A stretch of DNA of 61,201 bases, filler included. It is 4 parts of 4 records of this genome, joined end to end, with 100 filler letters (N's around TTAATTAATTAA, not from the genome) between each part and the next. Parts side by side here need not be neighbours in the genome. Positions count along the whole stretch, not along the records: positions 1 to 20,625 come from SRR31156797_5916; 3 more parts are not named here. One strand, 5' to 3'. Each line of letters begins with the position of its first letter. The stretch's first letter is position 1. Shown here piece by piece: positions 10,532 to 20,048 of the stretch. A program made the position numbers and the translations under genes. Under the pieces are notes generated by a model. It did no database searches. It was not told the origin of the DNA and was given only the letters and a program-made list of their open reading frames with translations.

Positions 10532-11296
10532 TTATTCCGCCTGCCCTTTTCTGGGAACTTCCATCAAAAATTCGCTTTTCAGCCAGCCCAGCCGATGGCC
10601 CAAGGTCTCGCAAGAACAACGCAATACACCCAGCCCATATTTCACAGAACGGGCAAAGCTGATTGATGAAGAATCATCCATGTAACGGGTCGGGCAGGTA
10701 ACTTCCCCGATATCATAACCGGAATAAATAATCTGGCAGAGCATCTGGTTATCGAAAATGAAATCATCGCTATTGTCCTCAAAGGGAATAGTTTCCAGCA
10801 GCTCACGGGAAAAAGCCCGGTATCCGGTATGATATTCGGAAAGATGGTAGCCAACCAGCAGGTTCTGAAACCAGGTCAACGCCCGGTTGGAAATATACTT
10901 GTAGAGTGGCATTCCGCCCTTGCGCGCTCCGGTACCCAAAATCCTTGATCCTAACATGCAATCAAAGACCCCGTTGGCAATGGGCGAAACCATAGCTGAA
11001 ATAATCAGCGGGGTGTACTGGTAATCCGGGTGGACCATGACCACCACATCGGCCCCCATTTCAAGGGCTGTGCGGTAACAGGTCTTCTGGTTACCACCAT
11101 ATCCGGTGTTGCAGCTATGGACCACGGTCTTGATGCCAAGGCTTTCAGCCTGCGAAACCGTATCGTCACGGCTGCAGTCATCAACCAGCAGAATTTCGTC
11201 CACCACATCCGCAGGTAGTTCGTCCAATGTCTTTTTCAAGGTGGTTGCCGCATTATATGCAGGCATAACCATTACAACTTTTTTACCATTCACCAT
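10532..11296 (-). CDS. GT2 glycosyltransferase, DPM1-like (polyprenyl-phosphate sugar synthase)
   Basis: VMPAYNAA, VDDCSRD, NTGYGG, HPDYQY, GSR and TGYRAF motifs. Confidence 0.88.
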   Translation of the reverse strand: MVNGKKVVMVMPAYNAATTLKKTLDELPADVVDEILLVDDCSRDDTVSQAESLGIKTVVHSCNTGYGGNQKTCYRTALEMGADVVVMVHPDYQYTPLIISAMVSPIANGVFDCMLGSRILGTGARKGGMPLYKYISNRALTWFQNLLVGYHLSEYHTGYRAFSRELLETIPFEDNSDDFIFDNQMLCQIIYSGYDIGEVTCPTRYMDDSSSISFARSVKYGLGVLRCSCETLGHRLGWLKSEFLMEVPRKGQAE

Positions 11297-11493
11297 TTTT
11301 AGGTTCTCTCCTAAGATTTACTGCCGTAAATATTTAATGCGCTTTAAGCGCTTCTATTCCTGATTAGACGTTGGTTTATCACCAAAGCCCGATCCTAATC
11401 AAGTTAAGTAAACCAAGGCTGTTGCCTGCGGCCCCTCTTTTTAGTAACCAATCGGCATCTAAAGATACAAATTTCAGAACAGGGGATTAAATA

Positions 11494-11952
11494 ATGCAGG
11501 AAGCGGAAATCAAAAAATATATCTATAGAATCATCATGGACAAGTGCACTGCCGATGAAGAAGCCCGTCAAGATGCCCTAGGGGAATTCATCGCCATGAC
11601 CATGCCCAACATTGATGAAGGCGCAGTACGCAACATTAAAGCCATGATCCCGCCCATCACTGATCTTTATGATAAATGGGCCAATATGTTTGTCGAACGT
11701 CTGCTGGAAACCGTGCCTCGCAATCAGGTTGAAGAACTTTGCAGCGGTACCCCGGACAATGATTCCACCTTGGTGCTGGTCTACATCATGTTCATGGAAT
11801 CCGAACGCATGGAAAAGCAGGTTGCTGAAGACATCGCCTCTTTCGCCCCCGCTCAGGACGACGAAGCCGGAAATATCGCCAGCGCCTACATCCGTTCCAA
11901 GCTGACCCTCATCGCCGAAGAACAGAAAAAGAAAGACGCGACCATCCAGTAA
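11494..11952 (+). CDS. Hypothetical acidic helical protein
   Basis: Clean 152-aa ORF with GGGGA RBS, apparently co-transcribed with the DDAH gene. Confidence 0.75.
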   Translation: MQEAEIKKYIYRIIMDKCTADEEARQDALGEFIAMTMPNIDEGAVRNIKAMIPPITDLYDKWANMFVERLLETVPRNQVEELCSGTPDNDSTLVLVYIMFMESERMEKQVAEDIASFAPAQDDEAGNIASAYIRSKLTLIAEEQKKKDATIQ

Positions 11953-11964
11953 AGGAGGCTGAAA

Positions 11965-12741
11965 ATGTTCAGCAAAGCAATTGTCAGGACCCCGGCAAAA
12001 AGCCTCGGTCAAGGACTGACCGAAGCGGGCCTAGGCTGCCCGGACATGGAACTGACCCTTGCTCAGCACAAGGGTTACATTGAATATTTTGAACAAGCCG
12101 GAATCAGCGTGACTGTGCTGCCCGCAGTGGAGGAATTCCCGGATTCCGTCTTTGTGGAAGATACTGCAGTCATGATCCCGCACGGTAATGAAACCGCAGC
12201 TTTCCTGACCTGCCCCGGAGCAGAATCCAGACGCGGCGAAGTTGATGAAATCGAAACGGCCATTGCAGACCAGACTGACGTAATCGTCCGCATGCAGGGT
12301 GACGGACTTATGGAAGGTGGCGATGTGCTGCTCATGGGCAAGACATTTTACGTGGGCATCGATAGCCGGACCAATGCGCAGGGTTGCGAGCAATTTGCCA
12401 AAGCCGCTGCCAGATTCGGCTACAAGACTGTTCCCGTACCCTTTAATAACGGCATGCCTCATCTCAAAACCGAACTCTCCGCCCTTGATGAGGAAACCCT
12501 GATTATGAGTGCTCGTTTTGCCGAGCGCGAGGAGTTTTCCGAATTCAAGAAGCTTGTCGTACCTGAAGGAGAGGAATACTGCTCCAACTGCCTTTATCTG
12601 GGACAGAAGCTGCTCGCTCCGCAAGGATTCCCCAAAACAGCAGAACTGCTGGACAAAAACGGATTCAAACCGGATTTCATCGACATGTCAGAGTTCCGCA
12701 AAATGGACGGCGGACTGACTTGCTTATCTTTAAGATGGTAA
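11965..12741 (+). CDS. ddaH: Dimethylarginine dimethylaminohydrolase / amidinotransferase-family hydrolase
   Basis: PDSVFVEDTA, SRRGE, EGGDV, HLKT and DGGLTCLS provide the catalytic Asp/His/Cys set. Confidence 0.88.
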   Translation: MFSKAIVRTPAKSLGQGLTEAGLGCPDMELTLAQHKGYIEYFEQAGISVTVLPAVEEFPDSVFVEDTAVMIPHGNETAAFLTCPGAESRRGEVDEIETAIADQTDVIVRMQGDGLMEGGDVLLMGKTFYVGIDSRTNAQGCEQFAKAAARFGYKTVPVPFNNGMPHLKTELSALDEETLIMSARFAEREEFSEFKKLVVPEGEEYCSNCLYLGQKLLAPQGFPKTAELLDKNGFKPDFIDMSEFRKMDGGLTCLSLRW

Positions 12742-12744
12742 TAA

Positions 12745-12788
12745 ATTAAAAATGGGGTGGAGATTGTGATCACCACCCCATTTTTAAT
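12745..12788. terminator. Bidirectional intrinsic terminator
   Basis: ATTAAAAATGGGGTGG / CCACCCCATTTTTAAT arms between convergent genes. Confidence 0.85.
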
Positions 12789-13313
12789 CTAAATAGCAAT
12801 CTTATCTAAAACATCTTGCAAAATTTCTTCTTCACTTTGATCTGAACGCACTACATGATGGGCGGCTTCCATGAAGCTTGGCTCAAAACGGTTGATCATA
12901 AGCGAAATCTGTTCGCGTGCATCTTCAGACCCGTCGGAAGCATTCAGCAGGCTCATAAAATCGCACATGATAAAAATTACCTTGCCATTCTCTTTGAGCA
13001 TCTGACGGACTTTCTCGGACTTTGCGGCCCCGCGCGGCAGGCTGACAATCTGATTATCGCCCCCGGCAACCTTCTCCAACACCGGATTACCGTCGCTGCG
13101 GCTAACCACTAGAAATTCCCGGTCCAGCTTTTCAGCCACTTTGGCGGCTATGGATTTGCGCAGATCATCATTCAAACTAAAAATAAAAACATTACCGGAA
13201 TCGCGACCTCCGATAATCATATCTTTGGCCATACCCGGCACATAGACACTTTTCTTATCCTTTTCATCCACTCGATATTCAATATCAACCATTTCCATGT
13301 GTTCTTTCGCCAT
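12789..13313 (-). CDS. Hypothetical protein resembling a degenerate shikimate-kinase fold
   Basis: Segments IAAKVAEKLDREF, MLKENGKVIFI and EEEILQDVL resemble AroK, but there is no Walker A. Confidence 0.55.
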   Translation of the reverse strand: MAKEHMEMVDIEYRVDEKDKKSVYVPGMAKDMIIGGRDSGNVFIFSLNDDLRKSIAAKVAEKLDREFLVVSRSDGNPVLEKVAGGDNQIVSLPRGAAKSEKVRQMLKENGKVIFIMCDFMSLLNASDGSEDAREQISLMINRFEPSFMEAAHHVVRSDQSEEEILQDVLDKIAI

Positions 13314-13386
13314 TTCAATCCCTTATAATTATAAAGCTAAATACGAACAGAAATATAAAGTAAGCACTTCACCATGAGGGGCAAGA

Positions 13387-14067
13387 CTACCTGCGCTTAA
13401 AATACACAGTCCGTTTGTATTGCTTATCATCTGGGAGGGGGGCTGAAAGATAAGCTATCTCCCAGTTTTCTGCGAAAAGATCCACCGCAAAATCCAACAA
13501 GCTGAATATACCATTCTCAATTTTAGCCTGAGGATACATTTCTAAAAATTTATCCATTTCCAGACCAAGGTGCTTGCCGACATAGTATTCCGGACGGAAA
13601 GTAAGCAGCATTTCGGACTCACAACGTTTTTCAAGTCCTTTCAGGATCGCAGCCATATGGCCTTCGGCAATATTGATCTTGCCAAGAATATCGATAAGCA
13701 TGCCCATATTAAAAGTACGGTCCGGTTTGTCATAAGCGAAATTGCAAACGCAAAAATCTACATTGTCCACGCAATAAAGCCCGGAAAGTCTTTTAGCTCC
13801 GGCAATAACCTTGGGCTCCATATCGTAACCGACCACTTCATAGGCTCCGCACTCACGGGCATAAAAAGAATAGTGCCCCATATTGCAACCCAGATCACAA
13901 ACACTTTTACCAATGAAATCAAGTTCCTTAAATTCAGGATCAATTCCATCAATTTCATGCCCGACGCCCCCTGCAAGGGGTTTGTTTTCAAAGTCATAAA
14001 GCGGACGCCAGATCAGGTCTTCGCCAACCTCTGCAACAATCTTTTTCAACTCAGCGCTTCTGCTCAT
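13387..14067 (-). CDS. Class I SAM-dependent methyltransferase
   Basis: GKSVCDLGCNMG motif I and VVGYD motif II. Confidence 0.8.
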   Translation of the reverse strand: MSRSAELKKIVAEVGEDLIWRPLYDFENKPLAGGVGHEIDGIDPEFKELDFIGKSVCDLGCNMGHYSFYARECGAYEVVGYDMEPKVIAGAKRLSGLYCVDNVDFCVCNFAYDKPDRTFNMGMLIDILGKINIAEGHMAAILKGLEKRCESEMLLTFRPEYYVGKHLGLEMDKFLEMYPQAKIENGIFSLLDFAVDLFAENWEIAYLSAPLPDDKQYKRTVYFKRR

Positions 14068-14206
14068 GCGGACCTTCCAGAGTAGTGTTAATATTCTAAA
14101 TATACGATTGCATATAGCTTCATAATGTCCTTAACTCAAGATTTGTTTCAGATTGCATGGAATATAGATGCATGCTACTCCAATAAGCTGAAATAAGGAG
14201 TTTATT

Positions 14207-14980
14207 TTGCAGCAGTTAACTGAGCCATTTGCCTACGGCAACTCAATCATCCATTCCATGCATCCGGGATTCAGACTGGCCTGCGCTTTTCTTTTTTCCC
14301 TTGCCGGGGCACTGGTTACAAATCTGACAGCAGCAGCCAGTGTATTGGCCGCCGGCATCATATTCGCCCTTGCGGCCCGCTTGTCACTACCGACCCTGCT
14401 CAAGCGAATGCTTATCATAAACTTCTTTATCCTTTTCCTCTGGGTATTCCTGCCCTTCTCCCGCCCCGGAGAACCGCTTTTCCATATCGGGCCTTTTACC
14501 GCTACCCTTGAAGGAGTTCTCTACACTGCAATCATCACCCTGAAATCAAACGGGGTGATCCTGACCATGACCGCCCTGATCTCCACTATGGAAGTTCAAA
14601 CCCTTGGTGCAGGCATGCAGTCCCTGAAACTGCCGGAGAAACTCTGCCGTCTGCTCCTTTTCAGCTGGCGCTACGTACATGTAATGAGCATGGAATACAG
14701 CCGCATGCGACGGGCCGCGACCATGCGCGCATTCAGTCCCCGGACCAACATAAGAACCTACCGCACATACGCATGGCTCATGGGAATGCTGCTGGTACGC
14801 AGTCTGGACCGAGCCCAGAGAGTCTGGCAGGCCATGCTCTGCCGGGGATTCAGCGGAACATTCCATACCCTGACTACTTACCGCATGGGAAAACGAGACA
14901 TAGCCCTGCTGCTGGCAACCCTTGGCTGCGATGCAATTTTCATTTTTCTTGAGTTTAATAAAATCGAGGTTCTGCTGTGA
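14207..14980 (+). CDS. cbiQ: ECF transporter T component (CbiQ/NikQ)
   Basis: Membrane protein with RYVH, MRRAATMRAF and QAMLCRGF motifs. Confidence 0.85.
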   Translation: MQQLTEPFAYGNSIIHSMHPGFRLACAFLFSLAGALVTNLTAAASVLAAGIIFALAARLSLPTLLKRMLIINFFILFLWVFLPFSRPGEPLFHIGPFTATLEGVLYTAIITLKSNGVILTMTALISTMEVQTLGAGMQSLKLPEKLCRLLLFSWRYVHVMSMEYSRMRRAATMRAFSPRTNIRTYRTYAWLMGMLLVRSLDRAQRVWQAMLCRGFSGTFHTLTTYRMGKRDIALLLATLGCDAIFIFLEFNKIEVLL

Positions 14981-15675
14981 GTTCGTCCATATTTTCCCTG
15001 CATAATGTTAACTTCTCCTATCCCGGAAACAATGTCCTTAAAAATGTGGATTTCCAACTGAATAAAGGACAGAAAATAGGACTGACCGGACACAACGGAT
15101 CAGGTAAAACCACTCTGTTGCACATCATCATGGGCTTGCTCAAAACGCAGTCAGGGCAGGTCCGCTATATGGGCCGGGAGATGAAAACCGGAAATGATTT
15201 CCGGGAACTGCGCAAAGGCGTAGGCTTGCTTTTCCAGCAGGCCGATGATCAGCTATTCTGCCCGACTGTATTGGAAGACGTAGCCTTCGGACCGCTTAAT
15301 CTGGGAAAATCACCGGAGGAAGCGCGCAAGATAGCCGAATATACTCTCTGCACACTAGGTTTGTCAGGGTACGAAGAGCGGGTTTCCTACCGCCTTTCCG
15401 GTGGTGAAAAAAAACTGGTTTCCCTTGCCACGGTGCTGGCCATGAAGCCGCAGGCATTAGTACTGGACGAACCCACCAACGACCTTGACCCGTCCATGCG
15501 CGAAAGGCTGATCGAAATTCTGAATTCACTGGATATTGCCATGCTGGTGGTTTCCCACGATCTTGATTTTCTGGTAAGAGTCACTGAGGTGGAATATTCC
15601 TGCAGCAAAGGTAAAATCCTGCGTGAAGCATCAAATTTCAAAGACAATCACGACTACGGAAAATGCAAGCTCTAA
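14977..15675 (+). CDS. cbiO: ECF transporter ATPase (CbiO)
   Basis: GHNGSGKT, EDVAFGP, LSGGEKK and LDEPT motifs. GTGA overlap with cbiQ. Confidence 0.88.
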   Translation: MSSSIFSLHNVNFSYPGNNVLKNVDFQLNKGQKIGLTGHNGSGKTTLLHIIMGLLKTQSGQVRYMGREMKTGNDFRELRKGVGLLFQQADDQLFCPTVLEDVAFGPLNLGKSPEEARKIAEYTLCTLGLSGYEERVSYRLSGGEKKLVSLATVLAMKPQALVLDEPTNDLDPSMRERLIEILNSLDIAMLVVSHDLDFLVRVTEVEYSCSKGKILREASNFKDNHDYGKCKL

Positions 15676-15700
15676 ACGGAAAAATCAAACAGGAGTCATC

Positions 15701-16099
15701 ATGGGTAAATTTCGAAATCTGCTACTGATTATTGCCGCTCTTTTTGTGGTTTCAGGGTGTCTTGGTGAAGACAAAACCGTAACCATGAAAGTGGCTTCCA
15801 CGGCTTATACCTCGCATGTAGCCCAGACATCTGCCCACCCCTTTCTTGGAGCATGGGGGGATGAACTCAAGCCGGGCATGAAAGCCATCGCGGTCTCGCG
15901 AGACCTGATTCAAAAAGGACTGACCCACAACACCAAGGTTAAAATTGAAGGTCTTTCCGGTGAATATGTAGTCAAAGACAAGATGAACAAACGCTGGACC
16001 GATAAGATCGATATCTACATGGGCCTCGACACCAAAGCCGCCAAGGAATGGGGCAAACAGGAAGTGACCATCACTTTTGAAAAGAAAGATAAAAAGTAA
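15701..16099 (+). CDS. 3D-domain lipoprotein (MltA-like peptidoglycan-lytic family)
   Basis: Lipobox VSGC, STAYTS, IAVSRD, VKDKM and KIDIYM. ATG 15701 follows AGGAG. Confidence 0.85.
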   Translation: MGKFRNLLLIIAALFVVSGCLGEDKTVTMKVASTAYTSHVAQTSAHPFLGAWGDELKPGMKAIAVSRDLIQKGLTHNTKVKIEGLSGEYVVKDKMNKRWTDKIDIYMGLDTKAAKEWGKQEVTITFEKKDKK

Positions 16100-16105
16100 A
16101 AAACC

Positions 16106-16137
16106 AAAGGCGCATTCAACAAAAAATGCGCCTTTTT
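16106..16137 (+). terminator. Intrinsic terminator
   Basis: AAAGGCGCATT / AATGCGCCTTT followed by a T-run. Confidence 0.75.
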
Positions 16138-16285
16138 CCTTATCTATTCAAGACCTTATAAAAACTTTTTATTCAAAGCCGATCCGCTCTTTATTTTTAC
16201 GCCCGATTTACGTAAAGATGGGCTTTCGCGGCCAAAGGCATATCCATGCCATACAAAATCTCTGCCGCGATAAACGGAGAACAAA

Positions 16286-16621
16286 TTGAGCGAACGGAAA
16301 AGAAATCCTCATCAGTCCATCAGGGCTTACTGCCTGTGGTGCATGGGCGGCAGCCCGCAGCTCGTCAGGGAATGTGAGGACAGCGACTGCTCTCTTTATG
16401 AACTGCGCGGACCCAAGACTGAAGAATCACAGCGAACCTGTATCAGGGCCATCCGCAGGCATTGCCTCGCCTGCACAGTAGGTGACCGTCAGGCTATCCG
16501 CGATTGCAAGGAAAAAGAATGCGTGATTCGCCGTTTCCGCTTCGGGGTTCACCCCAAAACCATGCAAAAACGCAGAAAACGGCAAATTGAAAAGAGCCAT
16601 CTCATGCTTCCCGGACTTTAA
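16286..16621 (+). CDS. Small basic Cys-rich protein with a duplicated 4-Cys module
   Basis: IRAYCLWC...C....C and IRRHCLAC...C....C. TTG start after GGAGA. Confidence 0.7.
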   Translation: MSERKRNPHQSIRAYCLWCMGGSPQLVRECEDSDCSLYELRGPKTEESQRTCIRAIRRHCLACTVGDRQAIRDCKEKECVIRRFRFGVHPKTMQKRRKRQIEKSHLMLPGL

Positions 16622-16629
16622 AAATCAGA

Positions 16630-16669
16630 AAGCCGGGAGTCAGTTTAACTGACTCCCGGCTTATTTTTT
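16630..16669. terminator. Bidirectional intrinsic terminator
   Basis: AAGCCGGGAGTCAGT / ACTGACTCCCGGCTT 15-bp arms between convergent genes. Confidence 0.85.
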
Positions 16670-18820
16670 CTACATATCCGACTGACGCATACTCAGCGAA
16701 ATCCTCTTGCGCTGGATATCAACATCCAAGACCTTGACTTTCAGAGCCTGTCCCGGATGAACAACCGTTGCCGGGTCCCGCACAAATTCATCAGCCATAC
16801 GACTGATGTGAACCAGCCCGTCCTGATGCACCCCGATATCAACGAAAGCACCAAAAGCGGTTACATTGGTCACAATACCATTAAGAATCATACCTTCGCG
16901 CAGGTCTGAAACTTCCTTTACAGAATCATCAAACTGCACCGCTTCAAACTGCTTACGCGGATCACGCCCCGGTTTTTCCAGCTCCTTCATGATATCCTCA
17001 AGAGTGGGCAAACCAAGATCATCGGAAACATAATCTTCCAAATTAACCTTGGCCCGCAATTCCGCAGACTTGATCAAATCAGCAACATCAGCACCGAGGT
17101 CCTTGGCAATCCCAGCCACAGCCTTGTAGCGTTCCGGGTGAACAGCAGTACCATCCAGCGGGTTCTTGGCCCCGCGAATACGCAAAAAACCCGCGCACTG
17201 CTCAAAAGCCTTGGGACCGAGCCGGGTTACCTTAAGCAATTCCTTGCGGGAACCGAAGGGCCCGTTTTCCTCACGAAATTTAATCACATTGGCTGCCAGC
17301 ACCGGTCCAAGCCCGGAAACAGATTGCAGCAGCCTTGCGCTGGCAGTGTTCAATTCAACCCCAACCATATTCACGCATGACTCAACAACCCTGCCGAGAC
17401 TTTCCGCCAATCCTTTCTGATCCACATCATGCTGGTATTGGCCCACACCGATAGATTTGGGATCGATCTTGACCAGTTCCGCCAACGGGTCCATGAGCCT
17501 GCGTCCAATGGACACGGCACCACGCACAGTGATATCATAATCCGGGAATTCCTCTCGGGCGATCTCAGAAGCGGAATAGACCGAAGCCCCTGATTCATTA
17601 ACCATGATCACCTGAATGGACTTATCCAAACCCAATTCCTTAACGAACTGCTCAGTCTCGCGTCCGGCGGTACCGTTACCGATAGCCACAGCCTCAATAT
17701 CGTATTTTTTCACCAGATCACTGACAATACGAGCAGCCTCTTTCTTCTTACCTTCGGACGTAACCGGATAAATAGTATCATTGTGGAGCAGCGTTCCCTG
17801 CGCATCAAGACAGACCAGCTTGGCCCCGGTACGGAAACCCGGATCAAGGGCCAGCACCCGCATGCCGCCCAAGGGCGGAGCAAGCAGAATTTCACGCAGG
17901 TTAGCGGCAAAAATATTGATTGCTTCAGTCTCGGCTTTTTCCAACAGCACCCCGCGCAATTCGGTTTCCATCTGCGGAGCCAACAAACGCTTATAGCTGT
18001 CTGTTGCTGCCAGCTCCACCTGTTTGGAAGCTGCTGAATTAGAACGGACCAGCTTGCGATGCAGAATATCCACACCATCAGCCTCTTCCGGACGGATGGA
18101 TACCTTCAAAAACTTATCCCGTTCACCGCGGAACAGGGCCAGAATACGATGCCCCGCAGCCTTTTTGGCAGGCTCACGCCAATCGAACCAATCCCGGAAC
18201 TTGGAAGCCTTGTCCTTGTTCTCCTCGGCCTGAGCAGCCTTGGTAGGTTTGGACTCAATCAGGGCCTTTCGCTCAAACAAAGAACGTACCGCCTCACGAC
18301 TTACCGTGTTCTCGGCAATTTTCTCCGCAATAATGTCACGCGCTCCGGAAAGAGCTTCATCCACGGACTCCACACCCATTTTAGTGGAAACAAAAGCCTG
18401 CGCTTCCTGAACCGGATCACACTTCTGGGCAAAAAGTTTATAGGCCAGCGGTTCCAAACCTTTCTGAATCGCGGCCTGCCCCTTGGTTTTGCGCTTGGGT
18501 TTATACGGCAGGTACAAATCCTCAAGCTGACGCATGGTCTCAGCGGACTCAATCTTTTTGCGCAAGCCATCGTCAAGCTTACCCTGCTCATCAATGGATT
18601 TGAGCACGGTCTCGCGACGCTTATCCAGCTCCTTAAACTTTTCAAAAAGGTCACTGACATTCGATACCGCCACCTCATCAAGGCTTCCGGTGGCTTCCTT
18701 ACGGTAACGGGAAATAAAAGGAATGGTCGCGCCCTCATCAAGCAAAGACACAACAGCTTTTACGTTTTTATCAGGAATACTCAGTTCAGACGAAATACGA
18801 GATATATTTTTGGAATTCAT
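16670..18820 (-). CDS. tex: Tex-family transcription accessory protein (YqgF, HhH and S1 domains)
   Basis: EGATIPFISRYRKE, DPGFRTG, KSIGVGQYQHD and a C-terminal S1 domain. Confidence 0.95.
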   Translation of the reverse strand: MNSKNISRISSELSIPDKNVKAVVSLLDEGATIPFISRYRKEATGSLDEVAVSNVSDLFEKFKELDKRRETVLKSIDEQGKLDDGLRKKIESAETMRQLEDLYLPYKPKRKTKGQAAIQKGLEPLAYKLFAQKCDPVQEAQAFVSTKMGVESVDEALSGARDIIAEKIAENTVSREAVRSLFERKALIESKPTKAAQAEENKDKASKFRDWFDWREPAKKAAGHRILALFRGERDKFLKVSIRPEEADGVDILHRKLVRSNSAASKQVELAATDSYKRLLAPQMETELRGVLLEKAETEAINIFAANLREILLAPPLGGMRVLALDPGFRTGAKLVCLDAQGTLLHNDTIYPVTSEGKKKEAARIVSDLVKKYDIEAVAIGNGTAGRETEQFVKELGLDKSIQVIMVNESGASVYSASEIAREEFPDYDITVRGAVSIGRRLMDPLAELVKIDPKSIGVGQYQHDVDQKGLAESLGRVVESCVNMVGVELNTASARLLQSVSGLGPVLAANVIKFREENGPFGSRKELLKVTRLGPKAFEQCAGFLRIRGAKNPLDGTAVHPERYKAVAGIAKDLGADVADLIKSAELRAKVNLEDYVSDDLGLPTLEDIMKELEKPGRDPRKQFEAVQFDDSVKEVSDLREGMILNGIVTNVTAFGAFVDIGVHQDGLVHISRMADEFVRDPATVVHPGQALKVKVLDVDIQRKRISLSMRQSDM

Positions 18821-18825
18821 AAAAA

Positions 18826-19311
18826 CTACTGACTTGATTCTTCTTTCTTAAGTTCTTCGGGTGAGAGGGACCAGAAAGGGGTCCCGTCTTTGGTCAGACG
18901 AAATTTGTACTTACGTTCTTCTCCGGCCTTGAGCTTAGCGCACATGTATTCGTACTCGCCGTCAATCTCGACCAGCACACCATAGACTTTTACCCGTACT
19001 CCGGGACGCAGGTCTCTGATACGAGGCGCAACAAAATCCTTGGGACCGAGATGTACAAGCACTTTCTCGCCGTCTTCCTTATCTTTGACGAGAACGCCGA
19101 TCCCTTCGGTCATACCATCCATGGGTTCGATATCCTTAATCTTAAGGAGTGTTCCCTTGAACACATCGCGATCGGTGTTGTCATAAAGGGAGTCATAGTC
19201 GCCACCCTTTTCCCAACCCTTAATGTTCATTTCCCCGGCAAAACCGGACGAAACGCACAAAAGAGCAAGACAAAATACAGCAAGGAAACTCTGAAAAATT
19301 CTTTTAGTCAC
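18826..19311 (-). CDS. Secreted hypothetical protein (OB-fold-like, VHLGP motif)
   Basis: GTG start at 19311 after AAGGAG, with a signal peptide. Confidence 0.7.
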   Translation of the reverse strand: MTKRIFQSFLAVFCLALLCVSSGFAGEMNIKGWEKGGDYDSLYDNTDRDVFKGTLLKIKDIEPMDGMTEGIGVLVKDKEDGEKVLVHLGPKDFVAPRIRDLRPGVRVKVYGVLVEIDGEYEYMCAKLKAGEERKYKFRLTKDGTPFWSLSPEELKKEESSQ

Positions 19312-19340
19312 TACAAAAACTCCTTTTAAATCAAGCTTTG

Positions 19341-19919
19341 CTACTGGGTAAGCCATTTATTAAAGGCACGCAAGGTAACCTGCTTAATCACATAGTCGGC
19401 CCCGCCACGTGTAAACTCAGTACGGTCGAACTCGACGACGACTCTTCCGGTCTTTACATCCACCAAAAACAAACGGACATAGTCGGCACGGTAATTGTCC
19501 ATATCATCGCGAGCACCCAACGCATTATCAGCCGAAACATCATAAAGAAGGGCTAAATCAGCATCAACACCGGAAAGCACGGCCTGCACCTCGGACACAA
19601 CCGGATACTGCTTTCCATACTTACGCCGTTCCCACAAGCTGGTCTTCTCAATATTTTTAAGAAGTTCAACATTGCCACCGTTGACGGGATAGACTGACCA
19701 TTTCAGATCAAATGATCCGGCCTGCTTACAGGCTTTAAGCAGCGACTGGGTCATACGCCAGCGATACTTTAAATCAAAATCCATGGTAGTCGCCTGCCAG
19801 GGAAGCAAAGCCAGCTTGTAAACCTTCCCTCCTGTATCAAAGGGAGTACTGTAATTGTCAACTTTAGCGCAGGAAACACAGGCAAGACAAATAATCAGAA
19901 CCAGCAATATTTTTTTCAT
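19341..19919 (-). CDS. Hypothetical lipoprotein
   Basis: MKKILL...CVSC lipobox. Confidence 0.75.
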   Translation of the reverse strand: MKKILLVLIICLACVSCAKVDNYSTPFDTGGKVYKLALLPWQATTMDFDLKYRWRMTQSLLKACKQAGSFDLKWSVYPVNGGNVELLKNIEKTSLWERRKYGKQYPVVSEVQAVLSGVDADLALLYDVSADNALGARDDMDNYRADYVRLFLVDVKTGRVVVEFDRTEFTRGGADYVIKQVTLRAFNKWLTQ

Positions 19920-20048
19920 GGCAACCTCATACTTTTAACAGATACATTGTTTTATAACGGCAGTATCCATATGTCCATAGATTGAGTTTAAACTTGGCGT
20001 CCGGCCCTTTTGCCGTTACACTCCGGCAGTTTTCAAAGGGAGGAGCAT

